DNA of 64,000 nt from a virus (lineage: Duplodnaviria; Caudoviricetes): positions 160,001 to 224,000 of the IMG/VR virus record IMGVR_UViG_3300049141_000098, one strand, 5' to 3'. The notes beneath the pieces were generated by a model. It was not told where the DNA came from. It worked only from the letters and a program-made list of their open reading frames with translations, and made no database searches. Shown piece after piece: positions 45,230-52,497 of this stretch (position 1 is the first letter of the stretch; every line of letters starts with the position of its first letter). The translations under genes and the position numbers were made by a program.

Positions 45230-45406
45230 TCACCGCCCCCTGGGCTTCAAGGCCTCACGCATGGCGAGCACCAGGAAGACAAACCCAATACTGATGAACA
45301 CCTCCCCCAGGGCTACGTGCACGGTTGCGTCCACCAGGTAGACGCCGCCGAGCAGATAGAAGATCGTCCCGGCGCACATGGCGTGGAATCTTCTGTCTTT
45401 GCCCAT
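45230..45406 (-). CDS. 58-aa two-TM membrane protein
   Basis: Read by eye: MGKDRRFHAMCAGTIFYLLGGVYLVDATVHVALGEVFISIGFVFLVLAMREALKPRGR. Confidence 0.65.
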   Translation of the reverse strand: MGKDRRFHAMCAGTIFYLLGGVYLVDATVHVALGEVFISIGFVFLVLAMREALKPRGR

Positions 45407-45434
45407 CGCTCCCCGTTCCTACCCGTACGCCGGA

Positions 45435-45809
45435 TCAGACCGTGCGGCGTGTTGAATGCTGGTCTCGGGGGTCGATCGCCGGAAGATCCCGCAGCACGGC
45501 TACCGCCTTCCGCGCCGCCTTCAGCACCACATCCGACGTCCCAGCAGACTCCCCACCGTTCACGACCGGCGTCGACTGATCCGTGCGCCACGGCGTCCCG
45601 TCGTACGTGACGTCACGCAGCGGGACCGTCTCCCGAATCGTGATCATGTCGATCCGGCCGGTGTCGGCCTTCCACATGAGGGAGATCCCGCGCTTGTTGG
45701 CCAGCCACACCCGCGCAACCTGGTCCCCCTTGTGCGGGCCCGTGAACGGCCCTTCCACCGCCGCATTGAACTCCAGCGACAGATGACCGGCCACCTGCAA
45801 AGCGTCCAT
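45435..45809 (-). CDS. Hypothetical protein
   Basis: ORF track. Confidence 0.75.
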   Translation of the reverse strand: MDALQVAGHLSLEFNAAVEGPFTGPHKGDQVARVWLANKRGISLMWKADTGRIDMITIRETVPLRDVTYDGTPWRTDQSTPVVNGGESAGTSDVVLKAARKAVAVLRDLPAIDPRDQHSTRRTV

Positions 45810-45867
45810 TCCCGTCCCTCCCTCTCCGTTACTTCGCTGGCAAATCCGCGCTTTGACTTCCGAACGG

Positions 45868-46176
45868 TCAGCCCTGCCGGTCGCCCATGGGCGGATACGT
45901 CGCGCCCGGGGCGGGCTCCCGCTTGTGCCACGGGGTGTCGTCCCCAGTCGTCGCGCTTCCGTCTGCGAGATCCTGCGCCCGGACCGCGTAGCCGTCCCGG
46001 TACGCCCGGCACAGGATCCCGTCCGGCCCGTCGGCGTACATGAATGGCACGTCCGTCACCTCCGTGGCGAACGGCTCCCGGTAGGTTTCGCTGTAGTCGT
46101 GCGCCCGGTCGGCGTCGTCCCGTCCGTGCTCCCACGCCTCCGCCGCGTCCGCGTTCTGCGCGAACTCCGACGGCAT
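45868..46176 (-). CDS. Hypothetical protein
   Basis: ATG 46176 (GTG 46191 alternative). Confidence 0.7.
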   Translation of the reverse strand: MPSEFAQNADAAEAWEHGRDDADRAHDYSETYREPFATEVTDVPFMYADGPDGILCRAYRDGYAVRAQDLADGSATTGDDTPWHKREPAPGATYPPMGDRQG

Positions 46177-46219
46177 CCCTTTGCTGGTCACCCTGGTCCC
46201 CTTTCCGTTGTCCGTGCCG

Positions 46220-46277
46220 GGCGGCACTCCCGGGCAACCGGTCTCACGACCGGTTGCCCTAGGGCGTCTCCCGTCAG
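46220..46277 (-). repeat. Hairpin element B4
   Basis: GGCGGCACTCCC-GGGCAACCGGTC TCAC GACCGGTTGCCC-TAGGGCGTCTCCCGTCAG. Confidence 0.85.
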
Positions 46278-46456
46278 GTACAGGCCCCGTGCGTTGTACG
46301 TCCGCGCGGGACCGTCCCGGAGGGGTCGGCCAGCATCGCGCGGGGCGTGATGTTGCTTCCGAAGTACACGCCCTTCCCCCGGTAGTCGTTCGTCGCGTCA
46401 CCCCGGTCAGGGTCCTGCGCCGCCCGATGCCGCGCCATCTTCACCGTGTGCGTCAT
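46274..46456 (-). CDS. Small hypothetical protein
   Basis: ORF track; bracketed by B4/B5. Confidence 0.65.
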   Translation of the reverse strand: MTHTVKMARHRAAQDPDRGDATNDYRGKGVYFGSNITPRAMLADPSGTVPRGRTTHGACT

Positions 46457-46485
46457 GTCCCGTTTTCCCTTTCCGAATGGTGTCA

Positions 46486-46547
46486 GGCGACACCCCCGGG
46501 CGGTCGGAATGTCTCCCGGCCGCCCTAGCGCGACTCCCTGACGTCAG
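46486..46547 (-). repeat. Hairpin element B5 (divergent)
   Basis: GGCGACACCCCC-GGGCGGTCGG..CCGGCCGCCC-TAGCGCGACTCCCTGACGTCAG. Confidence 0.75.
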
Positions 46548-46894
46548 AGTGCGTTGACTTGATCCCGGTAACCGCCCGCGCAGTCGATCATTTCCGGATC
46601 GATCCGGTCCTGTTCGACGTTGAACATTCCGCGTGCCGTCTCCTCGAACGACGTACGGACCAGGGTTGCCAGGCGCCTCCGCCCGTTACCGTGATCCCGC
46701 CCCTCCCGCAGTACCGTCCACGTGTAGACGCGTCCGTCGGTCATGAGCATCACGCCACGCGCGAGACACTGATCACCGGGGCGCATCCGGAACTGGATGC
46801 TCTGCGACACCTTCCCTTCCACGTACTCACCGCGCCCGAAGCTGTAACCGTTCGGTCCGTACGGTGCTCCCTGGTCCCAGAACGCTTCCGTCAT
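46544..46894 (-). CDS. Hypothetical protein
   Basis: ORF track. Confidence 0.75.
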   Translation of the reverse strand: MTEAFWDQGAPYGPNGYSFGRGEYVEGKVSQSIQFRMRPGDQCLARGVMLMTDGRVYTWTVLREGRDHGNGRRRLATLVRTSFEETARGMFNVEQDRIDPEMIDCAGGYRDQVNAL

Positions 46895-46917
46895 ATCTCC
46901 CGCTCTCCCTTCCGTTC

Positions 46918-46927
46918 GGCCTAGGCC
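46918..46927. promoter_or_regulatory. Palindrome C9 GGCCTAGGCC
   Basis: Intergenic; 6 nt downstream of TAGCAT on minus strand. Confidence 0.75.
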
Positions 46928-46936
46928 ACGAGGATG

Positions 46937-47278
46937 CTACCGCATCCGCCCGACGCCCGCGAAGGTTCCGTCAGCGACCGTCCGACGCAGCCACGCATCC
47001 CGCAGGGTCTCCAGGGTGCCGAGATCCCCGTAGCTGTGCTCGATCCCGTCCGCCGAGATCAGCGTGACCTGAGCGGCGAAAACGGACACCCACTCAATGG
47101 CCACGCACGTGATACGCCGACCGGCATACCGGTAGCCCGACACGCGGATCGCCGCGCCGTTGATCTTCCGGGTCGGCAGCCCTCCCATGATCCGGAGCTG
47201 TCCGACCCCGTCGTTCGCAACGGCCCCCGTCCCGGATTCCGTCGCGTGATCGCTGGGCTTGTCCATCGTGACACCCAT
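46937..47278 (-). CDS. Hypothetical protein
   Basis: ORF track. Confidence 0.65.
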   Translation of the reverse strand: MGVTMDKPSDHATESGTGAVANDGVGQLRIMGGLPTRKINGAAIRVSGYRYAGRRITCVAIEWVSVFAAQVTLISADGIEHSYGDLGTLETLRDAWLRRTVADGTFAGVGRMR

Positions 47279-47392
47279 GTCCGTTCTTCCCTTCCCGAAC
47301 TCCCCTGCGAACGCCTTTGCGTCCGTCGCGGCAAGCAGGCTGGAGCGCCCTTCGGCTCACCCCCGAAGGGCGCTCCCGTCCACCGGCCCCGA

Positions 47393-47803
47393 CTACTTCT
47401 TGATCTTGTAGCCCATGGACAGACAGTCGGCCGACGCCGTGACCGTGGCGTACGAGATCACCGTGTTGTGGTTCCGGTAACGGTCGTACGCCATGTCGAA
47501 CACGAACTCCCGCACGCTCGCACGGATCCCGGACTTCACAGCGGCCTTGCACACCGCGCGACGCTGCGCCGCACCCTCCCGGCTGCCGTCACCCAGCCAC
47601 AGCAGGGCACCGTCCCGGAACGTCCCGGTCTTCAGGCACTTCCGGTCATACTCCGGCATGCCCCGGTAGCCGGTCTCACAGATGGACTTCGCCGCCTTGA
47701 CCGTCCCGCGCGCCGGAGCTGCGTCCGCCGGGGGGTTGAACGCCATCAGCGCGAGGAGCCCCGCGAGGACGGTCAGGATGCTGCGGCCCTTGATGTTGTT
47801 CAT
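47393..47803 (-). CDS. Secreted protein with Sec signal peptide
   Basis: MNNIKGR-hydrophobic-PPADA/A; four Cys. Confidence 0.75.
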   Translation of the reverse strand: MNNIKGRSILTVLAGLLALMAFNPPADAAPARGTVKAAKSICETGYRGMPEYDRKCLKTGTFRDGALLWLGDGSREGAAQRRAVCKAAVKSGIRASVREFVFDMAYDRYRNHNTVISYATVTASADCLSMGYKIKK

Positions 47804-47902
47804 GATTGTTTCCTCTCACTTTCCGTGTCTCGTCCCTCACTCCCGGACGATTCGGCCCGGACCCGGGGCATCCCCGAGCCGGACCGGACCGCACGGCCGT
47901 GA

Positions 47903-48523
47903 TCAGTAACCCTCGCGCCCCTGCGCTACCGCGCTTCCGTCCTCGTAGAACCGGACGTCATAGGGGTTGCGGTTGACGTCCCGCAGCGCTTGTTCACACT
48001 CCGCCGGTCCCTGTCCGCACTCCGTGTAGGCCTGCCAGGACAGGTAGGCGCCCTCGATGATCAGTTCCCGCGCGGCGTCCCGGTCCGGGTCACCCGCACC
48101 CGCCGGAGTCCCCACCACCGTGACTGGCAGCACCGGCCGGTCCGGCGCATCCGGGTTGTTGCCGAACGTCCCGAGCAGCCACGCGACCATGAGCAGCACG
48201 GCCACGCATCCGGCACCGATCACGCCGACCACCACCCGTTCCGACGTCCGGAGCTGTCCGCTCCCGTCCACCGGCATGGTTGCCCACGGTTCCCGCGCGT
48301 CCGTCTCCCGGTCCTGCCCGGCCGCCGTACCGGCCGCATCCCGGATCAGTTCGTTGACGATCTCGGCGAACTCCGGCCCGTCGATCTTGCCGAGCACGTA
48401 CCGGCCCGCCGCGCGGTCGAAGATCTCGCGGAACGATTCCCGCACGTCCCTGCCGTTCACCCGCTCGATGTGCGGAGCCAGCCGACGACGCTCCGCCGTG
48501 ATCACGTTCTGCTGCTGCGTCAT
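47903..48523 (-). CDS. Single-pass membrane protein
   Basis: VVVGVIGAGCVAVLLMVAWLLG helix. Confidence 0.8.
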   Translation of the reverse strand: MTQQQNVITAERRRLAPHIERVNGRDVRESFREIFDRAAGRYVLGKIDGPEFAEIVNELIRDAAGTAAGQDRETDAREPWATMPVDGSGQLRTSERVVVGVIGAGCVAVLLMVAWLLGTFGNNPDAPDRPVLPVTVVGTPAGAGDPDRDAARELIIEGAYLSWQAYTECGQGPAECEQALRDVNRNPYDVRFYEDGSAVAQGREGY

Positions 48524-48585
48524 GTCCCGTTTCCCCTTCCCGGCGGGGCCCCGGTGCGTCCCGGGGCCCCTTGTGTGCGTGCGAG

Positions 48586-50457
48586 TTACTTACCGGCCCT
48601 TGCCAGACCCTTGCGCGCAGCCTCCTGCGTGCGCTTGTCCGCCTTGCGCGGGGCGGGCTTGCGCTCACCCTTCGGCGTGAACTCCGGGCGAGGCTCGTGC
48701 GAAACCGTCCCGCCCACGTTGCCATCAGCGAACGATCCGACCGACGCGACCTTGCGAGACTCCCGACGCTCCGTTCCCGTGAGCCGGGACCCCTCGGCAA
48801 TCTCCCTGGCCTTGGACGCTTCCCGCGCTTCCTCGCGGCCCTTGAGGTATGCGCCTACCTTTGTGGAGTGACGCCGCCGCTGGGCCCGGCTCATGCCCTT
48901 GTGGGCAATGTCCTTGGGTGCCTGGCACAGTGGGCAGATTTCACCGGACACCCCGGGGTCAACTCCCGGGCGAACCGTCGCGGGAAGGCTCATGGTTCCC
49001 GCCTTACCGACCCATCCGCCGGGCCGGACCGGAGCCATGTTCTGACTCCCGGTCGTCGCGGCACCGTCCACCGAACCGTGATCCCGCTGACCCTTACCGG
49101 CGTCCGCACCCGTCCCGCGCGGGGTCACCTTGCGCTCGCCCTTGCCGTCCGCTCCCGCCCGGCGGAACGACTCACCCGGCACGGTGTGAATCGACATGAT
49201 CCACACGTCGCCCTTCTTGCGCTGGACCCGCTTCAGCTCAACGCCACGCCGACCGCACCCCTTGGGACCGTCGCACGTGATCGTCCCGCCCGTCGCGTCC
49301 TTGACCACCTTGCGCGACCGGCCGCACCGGGTCTCGGCAACGCGCCGCTTGTCCGCCGCCGCAGGGTCGCCCGGAATGGTCCCGTGTTCCACCGTGTCCA
49401 TGGACTTTGAGGACATGTGCGGGTTCGCGGGAGGGTTCACCCCGTACTCAAAGTGCGAACCGATCCGGAAGTCGTCGTCTGCCACCGTGTCCGCGAGGGG
49501 GATGTACGCGCGGCACTCCGGGCACTTCCCGTGCGTCCGCTCCGGGTTGACGATCTCCACCGGGCCCTTACCCGCGCACCCTCGATAGTCCGTGTCACCC
49601 GCACCATTCGTCCCGGACCACTGCCCCCGTCGCACCGCCGGATCCGGAAGGGACGCCACCTCCGCCGGTACGGGGTGACCGGCCGCGTAGTAAGCGGCAA
49701 CCTGGGCCCGCATCTCAGCGTGCGTCAGACCCGTGACCCCGGTCGTCTCGTCCATTCCGGGCAGGGTCGGGGCAGACTCGTCCCGCACCGCCGGAACGGT
49801 CGGACGCTTGTGACGACGCATGCCACCCTCGCGACTTACCGCGATGATCCGGTCGCAACCTTCCCCCGGGCACTTCCCAGAGTGCTTGCCGTTGTAGTCG
49901 TCCGGCACGCTCACGGTGTGGTCATCGCGCTGTACACGCGTCCCAGCCATCGGAGGCTCACCGGTCCCGTCACACCGGTCGTTCTGCGCGTCCCGCGCCG
50001 CCCGCTGTTCGGTCAGCCGCGCCCGCTCCCGGTCAACCGCCACCGTGCGCCGCGCCTTACCCTGCGCGCCCTTGGACGCCTTGACGATTTCCCGCACTTC
50101 CTCACGGGCAATCTCCCGCACTGCCGGAGCAATGTCCGCGCCCAGCTCCGGGCCACCCTCGGCACCCTCCGCGTACTGGGCATACTTAGCCTCACGCGCG
50201 GCCTCAATGTCGTTCTTCCCGCCGGTCGTGGCCAGCCACTTGACGCACCGGGCACACATTCTGTCGCCGGTGAACTTTTCCGTCAGACGCTCCGAGTCGA
50301 CACCCTTTCCGCCGCACGCCGTCCCAATCGTCCCGCCCGTCGCAAGCGGGTCATTCATCGCTCCCGCCGGAATCAGCAGCGCGTGACCCGCTCCGCTTTC
50401 GTACCCGTACATACGGGGGGTGTCATCGGCCGTGAGTGCCACAAACAGACTGGTCAT
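48586..50457 (-). CDS. 623-aa protein with repeated Zn-ribbon-like modules
   Basis: Three C.G.G...C(P)..C...H modules plus CARC and CPLC; basic tail. Confidence 0.8.
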   Translation of the reverse strand: MTSLFVALTADDTPRMYGYESGAGHALLIPAGAMNDPLATGGTIGTACGGKGVDSERLTEKFTGDRMCARCVKWLATTGGKNDIEAAREAKYAQYAEGAEGGPELGADIAPAVREIAREEVREIVKASKGAQGKARRTVAVDRERARLTEQRAARDAQNDRCDGTGEPPMAGTRVQRDDHTVSVPDDYNGKHSGKCPGEGCDRIIAVSREGGMRRHKRPTVPAVRDESAPTLPGMDETTGVTGLTHAEMRAQVAAYYAAGHPVPAEVASLPDPAVRRGQWSGTNGAGDTDYRGCAGKGPVEIVNPERTHGKCPECRAYIPLADTVADDDFRIGSHFEYGVNPPANPHMSSKSMDTVEHGTIPGDPAAADKRRVAETRCGRSRKVVKDATGGTITCDGPKGCGRRGVELKRVQRKKGDVWIMSIHTVPGESFRRAGADGKGERKVTPRGTGADAGKGQRDHGSVDGAATTGSQNMAPVRPGGWVGKAGTMSLPATVRPGVDPGVSGEICPLCQAPKDIAHKGMSRAQRRRHSTKVGAYLKGREEAREASKAREIAEGSRLTGTERRESRKVASVGSFADGNVGGTVSHEPRPEFTPKGERKPAPRKADKRTQEAARKGLARAGK

Positions 50458-50511
50458 GATCTTCCCGCTTTCCGTATCCGCGCCGCGCTTTTCGCGGCGT
50501 CTGCGATTTTC

Positions 50512-50697
50512 TTACTGCTCGACGATGTGCCGGGCGTCACTGCCCCATGCGCTACCGCGCACCCATGCCGCACTCGCCGCGTAGTCACCCAAACCGGGCC
50601 GCCGGTAAATCCGGCCGGTTTCGCTCCGGTACTCAATCGTCCCGGACTCCTTGACGATCACCGTTGCGCCATCCCGCAATGCGAGCGTAAGAGTCAT
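50512..50697 (-). CDS. First ORF of leftward block, hypothetical
   Basis: ATG 50697 after CGGAAAGGAAAAG. Confidence 0.65.
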   Translation of the reverse strand: MTLTLALRDGATVIVKESGTIEYRSETGRIYRRPGLGDYAASAAWVRGSAWGSDARHIVEQ

Positions 50698-50819
50698 CCC
50701 GCTTTTCCTTTCCGAAGCCTCCCCATGCGGAGGGCGAAACGGACACAGCTCACCCGTAATAGCGTCACGCAGGTTCTTTGCCTGCTGCCTACCGGACGTG
50801 AGTTGTCCGTTCGTGCTCA

Positions 50820-51460
50820 CCGCACGTGAGCGATAAGGGGGCGAACCGTGCGTCGTCCAGTGGAAAGCGTCCCGTTTATCGGGTCGTCTGTCCGTGCGTC
50901 GCTATCAGCGTTCGCCCCCTCCTCATGCAATCCGGTCCCGTAGGACCGGGCACGGGGCGCTAAGCGTTACCCGTGCGTCGCCGGGGGGAGTTTCTGAGGC
51001 TCCCCGTATCCGGCCGGTACCGTCGCACGTCACCCCGGTCAACCCCACGGGGGATTAGACCCGTGCCCGGAGAGTGCGTGATCATCTATGCCGTCCTCGC
51101 ATAGTGCGTTTGGTAACTCGCACCCGGGGTGAAACGGGTTCCGCTACGGACTGACTATTTCGACACGTGTTCCCGAATGCATTCCCAGGTTTCACCGCGT
51201 GGCTTGCGGATGGACTCCCTGACAAGTGGCCCGTACTTACGTGCGCCGTAACTCGCGGAGGCTGGACTAACTGACTTGACACGCTTTCCCATGACATCCC
51301 CGGATTCCCCCGCCGCGCAGGTTGCGGCTGTAAGGCATTCCGGCGAGTGGCCACGTACTCCCGTGCGCCATACCCCCGACTGACGGAAGGTTTACCCCTC
51401 CCCCAGGTGCGAGCGCCCACCGTTTCCGGCCGTGGTGGACAGTGCCGTTTGCGCCTCCCG
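50820..51460 (-). ncRNA. Candidate large structured RNA/leader with tandem duplicated domain
   Basis: Nested inverted repeats, C(UACG)G tetraloop on minus strand, repeat units 51113-51247 and 51248-51369; no credible ORF. Confidence 0.6.
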
Positions 51461-51744
51461 CGCTACCCGGTCAACCCGGGCGTTTCGCGTTCGGCTCCGA
51501 GAATCTCAAGGAACCCCATTCGGAGTTGCGAGCAACGAGACTGCCCGCGCTTCCGTCCGGCCCGCTCCCGCCCCATCGTCGTCCGGCGAACCGGTGCGTC
51601 AGAGCGAATGCGAGTGCTTGTGCTGTGCGCCCCGCGCTGCGTCCCGTAGGCGCTGCGTCGTGGCGACAACGAGAACATTGGCAGAGATGGCTGCCATTGC
51701 GTAAGCGAACAGCGCGAGCAACGGGTCTCCCGATTTGCAAACTC

Positions 51745-52497
51745 GCAGGTCAGAGCGTTGTAGCGAAGTTGATGTTGGATCCCATATCTCACGACCACAT
51801 GCACCCTGACCTGCGAAGAAGACAAGTTTGGTAACGAACAGATAACGGCCTAGGCCACACGGTATGACCTGCGACGATGCGACAAAGGTTTTTGTTTGTG
51901 CAGGTCAGAGAGGTCCCAAACTTCGAGGTCTCGCGAGTGAAACAGACAGAACGGACAAAAATTGACCAACATTTACGAGTGCTGGGGGGTATGCAAACGT
52001 CAGTGGAAAAGAGTTTCCAGAGCTGAGTGTGACCCAAGTCACACGACAATCGTCTCAGCAGTGACCAAACCGGACAGGTGCGGGGAGGGTTCCGGGCGAG
52101 TGAAAGGGGGGCGTCCCGATTCTCAAAACCAGCACTTGACCAGCAACAACACGCGTGACGTACGCGTATGTCCAGTTTGGTATGTCTGTCTATGTATGTA
52201 GTGGAAAGAAATGGAAAGTGGGATAAGGGCCTTACGCTCTGTATGGGATTGGAAGTGCTGGAATTTCTCTCGCCGGAAACCTGTACCGGACGTCAGAAAC
52301 ATGCAGGTCAGAGGCGTGTCCCGAATGTCGGAATCAGCGCTGATCATGCTGCTGAGCTGCGGGAATGCGACGTGATGACCAGGGCGCAGCACTCGGCTTG
52401 TGAGACACGCTGTCAGCAAAAGCGGAATAGCAAACACCGCAGGTCAGGCAGGGTGCGACTTGTGCTGTCTGGCGTACTGATCATGTGTCTGACCTGG
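51745..52497. repeat. GCAGGTCA iteron cluster
   Basis: Exact copies at 51745, 51807(rc), 51865(rc), 51900, 52303, 52439; variant at 52490. Confidence 0.75.
51847..51856. promoter_or_regulatory. Palindrome C10 at putative main leftward promoter
   Basis: Minus strand TTGTCG..TACCGT-GT-GGCCTAGGCC; -35/-10 spacing short (15 nt). Confidence 0.7.

Noticed and set aside
24813-46547. A/B repeats as a CRISPR array
   Set aside because: Copies are hundreds to thousands of bp apart with whole genes between them; internal parts vary; no cas genes
24813-46547. A/B repeats as classical integron attC sites or known ribozymes
   Set aside because: No RYYYAAC/GTTRRRY boxes, no intI in window; no CUGANGA+GAAA hammerhead core or HDV-like nested pseudoknot found by eye
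50836-50860. Group II intron domain V-like GCACGGTTC on minus strand
   Set aside because: No matching AGC/CGC-triad 5' arm, no domain VI branch, no RT ORF
50861-50867. CACUGGA in the leader is complementary to UCCAGUG of hairpin family A (possible trans pairing)
   Set aside because: A 7-nt match is expected by chance at appreciable frequency in 1 kb of GC-rich sequence; not supportable without data
51113-51369. Group I intron, tmRNA, RNase P or tRNA identity for the structured RNA
   Set aside because: Only superficial GGGAAAG/AGUCC matches; no P7 pairing, tRNA cloverleaf, TPsiC arm or CCA end found; no tRNA seen anywhere in the window
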